Shown: positions 1 through 10,948 of the stretch, one piece after another
Layout of the letters: every line of letters begins with the position of its first letter
Numbering within the stretch: position 1 is the stretch's first letter
Source of the DNA: Octopus vulgaris
Lineage: Eukaryota
DNA: 64,000 nucleotides
Direction: 5' to 3'
Assembly: GCA_951406725.2 (NCBI GenBank)
Contig: OX597824.1
Coordinates: 45,632,001 to 45,696,000, forward strand
Translations under genes and position numbers: made by a program
The notes under the pieces: model-generated
Database searches by the model: none
What the model was told of the DNA's origin: nothing
What the model saw: only the letters and a program-made list of their open reading frames with translations

Positions 1-105
1 TGGTAACTATATATAAGTGTCGTCTGTTTATACATAAACACTGTTTCATACTGCAATTATATATACATATATCTATATATAATATTATATAATAAAATAT
101 ATACA

Positions 106-843
106 GAGTAAAATAAAAACCAATTTACCTTTTCTGTCCGTCCGTGTGTCTTTGCAAATGTGTTGGAATGATAAGTGAGTTGAGTTTTGGCGCCTTTTTT
201 ACTAATAACAAACACACACGTGTTTGTATGTAGTTGTATGTGTATGTAGTTGTATATGTATGTGTATGCGTGTGTGTGAGGAATGACACACACACACTCA
301 CGCACGCACACATGTACATCAATGCTTTCGGAGTGATATGTTAAAATATTGAGTTTTCTCGAATTTTGTCTTAATTGGTGGTAAAATTGAAAGAAATTTT
401 TTATGGCATCACCCACTGAAGTACTCTGAAAAATCTTAGGTAAATTCTAATTGAAGAAATTGTGTGAGGAGTAAATGGTTATGTATTTATTTGTTTCTGT
501 TTGCTGTGTTTTTTTATTTTTTGAGTAGTGGTTTAAATACTTTCAGTTTAGTCTTCGTCAAATCACTCTGTCGCTATTTACTCTCATTTTATTCGTTGCA
601 CACTGTGTGTGTGCGTTTGCGTGTGGTGTAAACCAGACTAAGAAAAGCATTTGACACACACACCAGAATGTGAGTTTTCTGTAAATTTTGCTTAATTGGA
701 GTTTAAATTTTAAAAACTGGACCTGGCATGACGCGATGCATTCTACTCTTAAAAATGCTAGGTAAATTGTAATTGAAGAAATCCTATATTGTAGATTTCT
801 ATAACTCCCAAAGGGAGGTAGATAAAATCTGCCTTTTATAATA

Positions 844-846
<3 letters not shown>
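106..846 (-). mobile_element. Non-autonomous Helitron-like repeat, family B, copy 1 (3' end not seen)
   Basis: Near-identical to 1413-2136. The minus-strand 5' end reads TCTTATTATAAAAGGCAGATTTTATCT after an A in a TA tract, typical of Helitron 5' TC ends. It has an internal diverged ~120 bp direct repeat (about 345-460 vs 668-783). No 3' CTRR end is visible, so the class is inferred. Confidence 0.55.
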
Positions 847-876
<30 letters not shown>

Positions 877-877
<1 letters not shown>

Positions 878-1271
878 TAGCATTATCGCCCGGCGTTGCT
901 CGGGTTGTAAGGGAAATAACTATATAAGCATTTTTAGAGAGTTATAGCCAAAAAATAGCAAAAAAATGCATTAAAAATTGAAAAAAACTTAAGGTAAATT
1001 TTTTTTTAAATCGTTGACACATTGTAGATATTTTTAGAGAGTTACTTCCCTTATATAAAAGCGAAAAAAATGCATTCAAATGGAAAAATATGATGGTAAA
1101 TTTTTTTTAAATCGTAGACTCATCGTAGACGCACGCTAATACCCAGAAGGGCTCGATATGAATCACGACTATAAGATACCCGCTTTTGGTTAAACTGCAC
1201 CGCAAAATGTGGGAGTAGTTAGGAATCTAAATCGTAGGAGACAGACACACAACTTCACTCTTATATAAAGA
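877..1271 (-). mobile_element. Complete non-autonomous Helitron, family A
   Basis: The minus strand starts A|TCTTTATATAAG and ends CCCGAGCAACGCCGGG-CGATAATG-CTAG|T. This gives 5' TC, a subterminal GC hairpin, 3' CTAG and an A/T insertion site without TSD. Homologous to 4205-4831. Confidence 0.85.
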
Positions 1272-1412
1272 TGCTTTTTTTTTCAGTCATAGAGTTAGAT
1301 TTATGAAGGTCTTCAGTAGAAAATCCTTCGAATTCTGACTCGCTGCTTGATATAATGAAATTCGTATCCATTTTTTGTCAGAATTACAAATTTTGAAAAC
1401 ACAATAGGAAAT

Positions 1413-2136
1413 GAGTAAAATAAAAACCAATTTACCTTTTCTGTCCGTCCGTGTGTCTTTGCAAATGTGTTGGAATGATAAGTGAGTTGTGATTTGGCGC
1501 CTTTTTTACTAATAACAAACACACACATGTTTGTATGTAGTTGTATGTGTATGTAGTTGTATATGTATGTGTATGCGTGTGTGTGAGGAATGACACACAC
1601 ACACTCACGCACGCACACATGTACATCAATGCTTTCGGAGTGATATGTTAAAATATTGAGTTTTCTCGAATTTTGTCTTAATTGGTGGTAAAATTGAAAG
1701 AAATTTTTTATGGCATCACCCACTGAAGTACTCTGAAAAATCTTAGGTAAACTCTAATTGAAGAAATTGTGTATTTACTTGTTTCTGTTTGCTGTGTTAT
1801 TTTATTTTTTGAGTAGTGGTTTAAATACTTTCACTTTAGTCTTCCTCAAATCACTCTGTCGCTATTTACTTTCATTTTATTCGTCGCACACTGTGTGTGT
1901 GCGTTTGCGTGTGGTGTAAACCAGACTAAGAAAAGCATTTGACACACACACCAGAATGTGAGTTTTCTGTAAATTTTGCTTAATTGGAGTTAAAATTTTA
2001 AAAACTGGACCTGGCATGACGCGATGCATTGTACTCTTAAAAATGCTAGGTAAATTGTAATTGAAGAAATCCTATATTGTAGATTTGTATAACTCCCAAA
2101 GGGAGGCAGATAAAATCTGCCTTTTATAATAAGAGA
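1413..2136 (-). mobile_element. Non-autonomous Helitron-like repeat, family B, copy 2
   Basis: Direct repeat of 106-846. The 5' end is TCTCTTATTATAAAAGGCAGATTTTATCTGCCT, with the internal palindrome AGGCAGATAAAATCTGCCT. Confidence 0.6.
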
Positions 2137-2308
2137 TATATATAAATGTATATATATGTGTATATGTTTGTATATATATATGTGTATATGTTTGTATATA
2201 TATATATGTGTATATGTTTGTATATATATATATATGTATATGTATATTTATATATATATGTATATGTATATTTATGTATATATATGTATGTATATTTATG
2301 TATATATA

Positions 2309-2712
2309 TCTCTTATTATAAAAGGCAGATTTTATCTGCCTCCCTTTGGGAGTTATACAAATCTACAATATAGGATTTCTTCAATTACAATTTACCTAGC
2401 ATTTTTAAGAGTACAATGCATCGCGTCATGCCAGGTCCAGTTTTTAAAATTTAAACTCCAATTAAGCAAAATTTACAGAAAACTCACATTCTGGTGTGTG
2501 TGTCAAATGCTTTTCTTAGTCTGGTTTATACCACACGCAAACGCACACACACAGTGTGCAACGAATAAAGTGAAACTAGATGTAATATTTGTTTCTGTCT
2601 ATGACGCTGATAGATACATGAGTAAAATGTATGGGAAGCTAACACATAAGAGTGAGTGAAAATGTTCTTGGAAGAGAGTAAATAGTGACAGAGAGTGATT
2701 TGAGGAGGACTT
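2309..2712 (+). mobile_element. Family B repeat, copy 3, inverted relative to copy 2
   Basis: 2309-~2574 is the reverse complement of ~1873-2136. After ~100 extra bases, homology resumes at GAGTAAATAGTGACAGAGAGTGATTTGAGGA. Confidence 0.65.
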
Positions 2713-2765
2713 TACATTAAATAACCGTAGTGGCTTGTGTTAGTAATAAAGTAAACATACACTCA

Positions 2766-2799
<34 letters not shown>

Positions 2800-2852
2800 C
2801 ACACACACACATACATACACACATACATACACATACATACATATACATACAT

Positions 2853-2887
<35 letters not shown>

Positions 2888-3149
2888 TACACACACACAG
2901 TATTGAAGCTTGAGAACAATCAGATACATTTGCAACACATCTGTTGAAAATATTATTGTTCACACACATACATATACATATATACATACAGACAGACAGA
3001 CAGATACACACACACACACACACACACACATGATCCAGCATGGCCACAACCTCAAGGCTGAAACATATAAAAGAATAACAGAATATAAATGTGTGCATGT
3101 GTGTGAGAGAGAGAGTGTGTGTGTATATGTATGTATGTATGTATATATT

Positions 3150-3581
3150 GTCAGGTCTCCGCTTGGAGCTTCTGGTAACATGTAACCCAGTACAACCTGT
3201 TACATGGTCGGGTCGTTGGCGACTAAACTGGCAACCCCACCAAGATTTCTTGGTGAGGAGGGTGATTTGGACACCCAGCAGGACTAAAAACAAAACCTGT
3301 CAAAGGGCAGAGGAACTCTCTCATGAGTCAATGGCCATCCAAAATCCGGAGTGGAGCCCCTAAGGCGGTTGGATTGCGCCATGCGTGCCACCTTCCGGCA
3401 GCTCCTGCATCTTGGTCTACCCCCAGTCGTCTTGACTTTGTCTTGCCACTGGATCCGGAGCACCAGGACGAGAGAGTGAGGCTGATCCTGCGCAAGTCAC
3501 CCTCACTATAATCCAAGTCACGCGCATGTCACGACATCATGTGGTCATCTTCGAACCGAAGGACGAACATTATTATTATTA
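3150..3581 (+). mobile_element. GC-rich short retroposon (probably RTE-derived, non-autonomous) with (TAT)n tail
   Basis: A sharp GC-rich island between microsatellites, ending in a TTATTATTATT tail. It contains CTGGCAACCCCACC and TAAAAACAAAACCTGTC motifs reminiscent of RTE UTRs. Family assignment is inference. Confidence 0.4.
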
Positions 3582-3763
3582 TGTATATATATATAATAAT
3601 GCGGTTTTTTCAACAGCTTGAACTAAAAGTCAGAGGGGAATGGGATAAACCACTTATATTAACTTGCTATAAAAGCAGGTAGTAATTTTATCTTGTCCTT
3701 ATTCATAGTGCAAGTTTTGAAGAGTGCATTTCGATTTTAACAGCTATTTTTTTCAAAGCTATA

Positions 3764-4185
3764 TTGGAAGTAACAAAAGAGCATATTTGGCATATTTTGC
3801 TTTATGAGTTCAATAAAGACAACAACGCAACGGAAAGTACAAGAAATATTAATGCAGTATATGGGGATTGGACAATAAGCGTAAGGCAGTGTCAATGGTG
3901 GTTCCAGAAATTCCGAGCCATAAACTACAGCCTAGAAGACGAGCCTCATCCTGAAAGATCTGTAGAACTCGACAAGGACATCCTGAAAACCCTGGTGGAA
4001 CAAAATCTCATCGTAACTGTTGAGGAACTAGCAGAGAAGCTTGGATTTGGTCATTCAGCCATTCATTGAGACCTGTGTGCTATCGGAAAAGTCAGCAAAT
4101 TGGGTCAATGGGTTCCTCACGAACTTTCCGAGTCTAATTGCATGCAGAGAGTGAATGTATGCTTTTCTTTGCTGTCACATCTCAC
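3764..4185 (+). mobile_element. Mariner transposase remnant, N-terminal HTH region
   Basis: Reads MEVTKEHIWHILLYEFNK...WFQKFR...LEDEPH...TVEELAEKLG. After an in-frame stop it continues GKVSKLGQWVPHELSE, containing the mariner WVPHEL signature. It is cut off just before the Helitron at 4205. Confidence 0.9.
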
Positions 4186-4204
4186 CACTACTGCGCTATG
4201 TATA

Positions 4205-4831
4205 TCTATATATATAAAACTGTAGTTGTGTGAGTGTCTGTCCCCTTCGATTTAGATTCCTAACATTTTGCGGTGCAGTTTAACCAAATTCGGGTAGCTT
4301 ATAGTCGTGATTCATATCGAGCCCGTCTGAGTATTAGCGCGCGTCTACGATGAGTCTACGATTTTAAAAATAATTTAACATAATTTTTTATTCCATTTTA
4401 ATGCATAATTTTTCGTGTGTCGATGGCGGCGGAGTTGGCGTCCACGCTCACACCTGCACCTGTGGGGAAGGGAGTGTAAGGAAATCAACGTCGTAATGCG
4501 TTGTCAAGGAGACCAGCGTTCTTTTAGAACAACGACTTCATGGCTTGAAGACACCAAAACAGAAATGGCTAAGAAAGCGTCTACATGAGTCTACGATTTA
4601 AAAAAAAAATTACCATCGTTTTTTTTCCATTTTAATGCATTTTTTCGCTATTATATAAGGGAAGTAACTCTCTAAAAATGTCTACGATGAGTCAACGATT
4701 TTAAAAAAATTTACCATCATATTATTTCCATTTTTAATGCATTTTTGGCTATTTTTTGGCTATAACTCTCTAAAAATGCTTATATAGTTATTTCCCTTAC
4801 AAACCCGAGCAACGCCGGGCAATACTGCTAG
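4205..4831 (+). mobile_element. Complete non-autonomous Helitron, family A (longer variant)
   Basis: A|TCTATATATATAAAAC ... CCCGAGCAACGCCGGG AATACTG CTAG|T. The hairpin is at 4804-4819 and CTAG at 4828-4831. It contains three copies of an internal GTCTACGATGAGTC(T/A)ACGATTT unit. Confidence 0.88.
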
Positions 4832-4863
<32 letters not shown>

Positions 4864-4940
4864 TATGTGTATATATATATGTGTGTATGTGTATATATAT
4901 ATATGTATGTGTATATATATATATATGTATGTATATGTAT

Positions 4941-6617
4941 CATCATCATCATCGTTTAACGTCCGTTTTCCGTGCTAGCACGGGTTGGACGGTTCAACCG
5001 AGGTCTGGGGAGCCAGGAGGCTGCACCAGGCTGCAGTCTGATCTGGCAGTGTTTCTACAGCTGGATGCCCTTCCTAATGCCAACCACTCCGTGAGTGTAA
5101 GGGGTGCTTTTTCCATGCCACCGGCACAAGTGCCGGGCGAGGCTGGCAGCGGCCATGATCGGTTGGTGCTTTTTACGTGCCACTGGCACAGAAGCCAGTC
5201 AAGGCGGCGCTGGCATTGGCCACGTTCGGAAGGTGCTTTTTACGTGCCACCGGCACAAGTATCACAATTACTATTTCCATTTGATATTTATTTCGATGTT
5301 CATGTACTTGACTCAATAGGTCTCCTCAAGCACAGCAGGTTGTTCTGCAATCCAAGGTACTTTGAATGGGCTGGGGCTATGCGAAACTGGTGCAGGAAAT
5401 AGTCTGGATCTTTGCAGTCACAGCATATCTCCAGAGATCTCGGTCCTTCGTCATTGCCTCTGTGAGGCCCAACGCTCGGAGGTTATGCTTGACTACCTCA
5501 TCCCATGTCTTCTTGGGTCTACCTCTCCTCCTGATACCTTCAACTGTTTGGGAGCGGCACTTCTTCACACATCTCTCCTCATCCATCCGCAGTACATGAC
5601 CATACCATCGCAAGCGTCTCTCTTGCACACCACATCTGATGCTTCTTATGTCCAGCATTTCTCTCAGGGTGCTTAAACTCTGTTGTGCATGCACACTGAC
5701 ATTACACATCCAGCGGATCATGCTAGCTTCATTTCTTTCAAGCCTATGCATATCCTCTGCAGTTACAGCCCATGTTTCACTACTGTGAGGCATGGCAGTT
5801 CGCACACATGCATCATACAATCTACCTTTCACTCTGAGCGAAAGACCCTTTGTCGCCAGTAGGGGTATGAGTTTCTAAACTTTGCCCAGGCTATTGGTAT
5901 TCTAGTGGTAACACTCTCTGAGCATCCACCTCCACTACTAACTTCGTCACCTAGGTAGTGGAAACTATCAACTACTTCTAGTTTCTCCCCCTGGAGTGTG
6001 ATGGAATCTGTTTTTTGAGTATTTGTGGTGTCTATTGTCCCTGTGCATCTGTCGCACATGAAAGCTATCTTATCAGTTAATTTCCCTTTGATGTTGCTGC
6101 ACCTCTTATGCATCCATAGCTTACACTGGGTACATCTTATGGAGTTTCTACCTACACCTTTCTTACAGATCGAGCAGGCCCATCTGCCCGAGGGGGTGTG
6201 TGATGAGTTCGCCTTTCTGCTTACTATAACTTTGGTCTTTGCTACATTTACTCTAAGGCCCTTTGATTCTAAACCTTGCTTCCACACCCGAAATTTCTTT
6301 TCTAGTTCCGGTAGTGATTCTGCTATGAAGGCCAGGTCATCAGCATAGAGGAGCTGCCAGGGTCAACCTATTTTGAATTCCTCTGTCATTGCCTGGAGGA
6401 CTATGATGAATAAAAGGGGACTGAGGGCTGAACCTTAGTGGACACCTACTTCTACCCGGAATTCTTCACTATACTCATTGCCAATCCTAACCTTGCTGAC
6501 AGCCTCTCTGTATAGAGCTTGTACAGCCCTTATTAGCCATTTGTCAATCTCCAGTTTCCGCATCGACCACCAGATAAGCGATTGGGGGACCTTGTCAAAG
6601 GCTTTCTCCAAGTCCAC
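4941..6617 (-). mobile_element. 5'-truncated RTE-clade LINE (decayed reverse transcriptase, 3'UTR, (GAT)n tail)
   Basis: RT motifs [54 protein letters not shown]...SETW, RRLRWYGHVLRM and RRRGRPKKTW are spread over frameshifted ORFs. The 3' end is the CATCATCATCGTTTAACGTCCG tail at 4941. Confidence 0.92.
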
Positions 6618-6627
6618 GAAAGGTATG

Positions 6628-6655
6628 TAGAGGGGTGTATATACATATATGTATG

Positions 6656-6694
<39 letters not shown>

Positions 6695-6872
6695 ATATAT
6701 ATGTGTATATATATATGTATATATATATATATATATATGTCTATATATATGTGTATATATATATGTGTGTGTGTGTTTATATATATATATATACACACAT
6801 ATATATATGTGTATATATATATGTATATATATATATGTCTATATATATGTGTATATATATATGTGTGTGTGT

Positions 6873-6907
<35 letters not shown>

Positions 6908-6977
6908 TATATGTATGTGTATATATATATATATATATATACATATATATATACATATATATATGCATGTATATATA
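6628..6977. repeat. Compound (TA)n/(TG)n microsatellite (one example of many in the window)
   Basis: Visible directly. Similar tracts at 2137-2308, 7209-7508, 8550-8700, 14887-14965, 51023-51080, 59070-59250 and 62104-62265. Confidence 0.95.
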
Positions 6978-7209
6978 AGGCGGCGAGCTGGCAGAAACGT
7001 TAGCACGCCGGGCGAAATGCGTAGCCGTATTTCGTCTGCTGTTACGTTCTGAGTTCAAATTCCGCCGAGGTCGACTTTGCCTTTCATCCTTTCGGGGTCG
7101 ATAAATTAAGTACCAGTTACGCACTGGGGTCGATGTAATCGACTTAATCCGTTTGTCTGTCCTTGTTTATCCCCTCTGTGTTTAGCCCCTTGTGGGTAGT
7201 AAAGAAATA
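6977..7209 (+). mobile_element. tRNA-derived SINE, family 1 (GGCGGCGAGCTGGCAGAA head), full length
   Basis: Pol III A-box-like TGGCAGAAACGTTAG and B-box GAGTTCAAATTCC, a conserved core GCCTTTCATCCTTTCGGGGTCGATAAATTAAGTACCAG and an AAAGAAATA tail. Many diverged copies occur in the window. Confidence 0.9.
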
Positions 7210-7221
7210 TATATATGTGTG

Positions 7222-7256
<35 letters not shown>

Positions 7257-7750
7257 ATATATATATATGTATATATATATATATGTATATATATATATAC
7301 ATATATATGTGTGTATGTATGTATATATATATGTGTGTATGTATGTATATATATATGTGTGTATGTATATATATATATATATATGTGTGTATGTATATAT
7401 ATATATATATGTGTGTATGTATATATATATATATATATGTGTGTGTATGTATATATATATATATATGTGTGTGTGTATGTATATATATATATGTGTGTAT
7501 GTATGTATAGAAAAATAAGTTCAAAAAGGAAAAATTCAAACTTTTTGAGAGGTCCAAAAAGAGAGAAAGAATGATTTCTAATAAAGATTCATCATATTCA
7601 TAAAAAACAGCCAGAGCAAGTTGTAAGAATATGAATATAGTAGTTGAAAAATATTGTTATAGGTATAAATATACCATAAAAAATTATAGAAAAATAGAGA
7701 AAAAGATGTTGCATCAAAATTCGATTTAATACAAATTAGGATTCAAAACA

Positions 7751-7846
7751 TACACACGTTTCAAAGGACAATACAAATATGTAAGAAAAAAATGATAATC
7801 ATAGTAATTATAATTAATTTTATGCATTGTCATTCTCATCAGTGTA
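7751..7846 (-). ncRNA. Hammerhead ribozyme-like motif (minimal type I, long stem II loop), probably decayed
   Basis: Minus strand: UACA-CUGAUGA-GAAUGACAAUGCA...UGUAUUGUCCUUU-GAAA-CGUG-UGUA. Stem I is 4 bp, stem II ~12 bp, and stem III is the palindrome ACGU. The cleavage triplet GUG is non-canonical. Confidence 0.6.
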
Positions 7847-8164
7847 AAGAATTTTTAGAAGGACATCAAAAAGAGTTTAATAAAATAAAGTAAATTAAGA
7901 CAAGATACAATAAGGGAGAATACAGAAGGGGTAATAGGGAAAAATCAGATATTTACAAGCATGTTGTAAAAGGGAAAAAGTAACAGTAATAATAGTGAGA
8001 GAGACAAAAGAGAAAAAAAGACAGACATATCAATGTGTATGCACGTCTATATGTGCAGTAAACTATAACATAGAAAAAGGTTAAAGGTAATTGGTAATTG
8101 CAAAATGAAAAATGTATATAAAGCTACTATTATAACACAAGATTTCTCTAGGTTTCTCTTAAAT

Positions 8165-8445
8165 TACATTTGAATAATCATAAATCATCTTTTAATGATC
8201 CTCAGAAGAAAGTAATACTAGTATATCCAAAAAGGTATGGCAACTCAAAAGAGACAACATAAATTTCTTGATTTCTTGGAATATTGTTTCTTCTGCCCTC
8301 TCTTATAGGATTAGAAATAGAACATGCCTTTTATGCCTTGAAGAGTCTTATATGATTATGAAAATGAATGGTTCTATCTTGAATTCGAAAGATGAAAGAG
8401 TTTCTCTTGTAAACATATGACCAAATTTCTTTTCATTAACCTTAA
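8165..8445 (+). mobile_element. Penelope-like element GIY-YIG endonuclease C-terminal remnant
   Basis: Frameshifted translation LNNHKSSFNDPQK/TSISKKVWQLKRDNINFLISWNIVSSA/RTCLLCLEESYMIM...ILNSKDE/CKHMTKFLF. This matches the PLE EN tail pattern (NHxxSF...LSKxIWxLK...W.I...CxLCLxE...LLN...CRH). Confidence 0.75.
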
Positions 8446-8555
8446 ATAGTCTTATTGATTACCTCTTTTTCATTTTCTTATTAGTTCTTATTACACTCTT
8501 AGGTTATGTGTATGTACGTATTCTCTGTGTGTGTGTGGGCATGTTTTTATATGTA

Positions 8556-8614
<59 letters not shown>

Positions 8615-8665
8615 GTATATATGTGTGTGTATTTTTATGTGTATGTATATGTATGCTTATATATG

Positions 8666-8704
<39 letters not shown>

Positions 8705-9142
8705 TTATATATTCACATATGGGTATGCATGTGTATACTTGTAGGTTTTTCTTTTTGGTGTTTGCACATGAATGTATTTTGTCTTTGTCTACATGTGGAT
8801 ATACAAGTATATGTAGGTATGGATGTATGTATACTTGTTTTGTCTGTATATGCATGCTTTTTTTGTGTAGGGATGCATTAACATGTATGTATATCCATGT
8901 ATATTTCTATGTTTTTATATGTTGTTTCTTTGGTGTATATACATATACATATGTGTCAATTTGTTTTTTGTTTTGGGTGGATGTGTATATATTATATGTG
9001 ATTTGGATCTATATGTGTGTGTGTGTAGGTATTTATTTCGTATATGTGTGTGTGTGTATATATTTATATATATGTATATATGTGTATGCGTGTACTTGTA
9101 TGTGCATGTTTGTTTTATGAATGTGTTTGTAGGTGTGTGTAG

Positions 9143-9311
9143 CACCCACTACACTCACGGAGTGGTTGGCGTTAGGAAGGACATCCAGCCGTAGAAAACT
9201 GCCAGATCTGACTGGGCCTGATGAAGCCTTCTGACTTCACAGACCCCAGTTGAACCGTCCAACCCATGCTAGCATGGAAAACGGACGCTAAACGATGATG
9301 ATGATGATGAT
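9143..9311 (+). mobile_element. RTE LINE 3'-end fragment with (GAT)n tail
   Basis: Reverse complement of the 3' end of the LINE at 4941-5110. Confidence 0.85.
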
Positions 9312-9869
9312 ATATATATATATACATGTATGTGTATATATTTGTATGTGTGTTTATAAGTATATATACTTATATACGTCTTATGTGAATACATACTTCT
9401 TTATTTTACTTGCTGTATGTTCCCTCACACTTACACCCCTATATGTGTATGTGTGAGTGTATGCACGTTTTTGTGTGTGTGTGTATAAGTATGTGTTCTG
9501 TATATATGTATGACTGTATGTCCTTATGTGTTAAGTGTATACGTTTTTTTCTATCTTGTAAATTTTCTAACTTGTAAATTTACAATAATTTTCTCCCTCA
9601 TATATTTGGTTTTGTTCCTACTTTTTTGTGATTGTTTCCCCTACCCCGGGCTCGTTTTTGAGTAAGATAACTCTCTCGAATACACTGGCTGGTCTTGTCT
9701 GTGATCGATGTTTTTTCCTTGTTCTCTTTGGTTTTTTTCTCTGATTGTATGTACATTTTTACTTAAATATTGTAACATTTTTTCAAACATAGTCTTGCCT
9801 ATCACTTTTAGCCTTGTTTAATATATATATATTCGTTTTTCAATATTAATATGTACAACTCTCTATAGT

Positions 9870-10545
9870 TTTGATTTCACTTGCTTCAATAGGTCTTCAC
9901 AAGCAAAGTTTATTGTCCATTGAATGAGGGGTATTCATAAGTGGGCTGGTTACAGCCACTGGCATAGGCCATGGGCTGTGGTCTCACTTGGCTCGTTGGG
10001 TCTTCTGAAGCACAGCGTATCTCCAAAGGTCTCGGTCACTAGTCATTGCCTCGGTATGGTCCAATGTTCAAAGGTCGTGCTTCACCACCTCATCCCAGGT
10101 TTTCTTGGTCTACCTCTTCCACAGGTTCCCTCAACTGCTAGGGTGTGACACTTTTTCATACAGCTGTCCTCATTCATTCGCAACACATGGCATACCAGTG
10201 CAGCCATCTCTCTTGCACACCACATCTGATGCTTCTTAAATCCAACTTTTCTCTTCAGGGTGCTTACACTCTGTGGTGTATGCACACTGACATTACACAT
10301 CCTGCAAGGCATACTGGCTTCATTCTTTGCAAGCTTACGCATGTCCTCAGCAGTCTTGGCCCATGTTTCACTGCCATTTAGTATGGCTGTTTGTACACAT
10401 GCATCATACAGTCTGCCTTTTACTCTGAGCAAGAGGCCCTTTGTCACCAGCAGAGATAGGAGCTCTCAGAATTTTGCCCAGGTTATTCTTATTCTAGCAA
10501 CTACACTTTCAGAGCATCCACTCCCGCTACTGACTTGGTTCCCTG
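9870..10545 (-). mobile_element. RTE LINE remnant (C-terminal RT plus 3'UTR)
   Basis: KGRLYDACVQTAILNGSETW and GRGRPRK; same family as 4941-6617. Confidence 0.85.
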
Positions 10546-10563
10546 TATATGTATTTATATATG

Positions 10564-10594
<31 letters not shown>

Positions 10595-10598
10595 ATAC

Positions 10599-10818
10599 AT
10601 ATATTTATATAATTTAGAGAAAAACCTCTATTAAGCAATTTTGAAAATATAGACACAAAACGCGCATTGTCTATTTACTATTTATTGTTTATGTACTTTA
10701 TTGATTTTTAGAATAATGTTTTTTATAGTATATTCATTTTTTTCCTATATGGTGTGAATAACATCTTTCACTATTGAATTGCTTAATAGAGGTTTTTCTC
10801 TAAATTATATAAATATAT
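10599..10818. repeat. 42-bp perfect inverted repeat with a 136-bp spacer
   Basis: 10599-10640 ATATATTTATATAATTTAGAGAAAAACCTCTATTAAGCAATT is the exact reverse complement of 10777-10818. Confidence 0.9.
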
Positions 10819-10917
10819 TATATATTGTGAAATTTGATTTAGAATTGCTAAATTGAATACTTCCCAGTAAGTTTGGAATTATATTCCCTACTATTATTAT
10901 TATATATGTATACATAT

Positions 10918-10948
<31 letters not shown>

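Noticed and set aside
57-1723. Duplicated 119/136-aa ORFs as a gene pair
   Set aside because: They lie within the non-coding family-B repeat and are largely microsatellite-derived.
6977-7070. tRNA gene
   Set aside because: It has A/B boxes but no cloverleaf and continues into SINE core and tail, with many dispersed copies.
6533-9194. Many 70-200 aa ORFs rich in Y/I/C/V/M or H/T (also near 2-3 kb, 13.7-14.5 kb, 43.6 kb, 49.7 kb and 59-62 kb)
   Set aside because: They are translations of stop-free (TA)n/(TG)n/(CA)n microsatellites, not genes.
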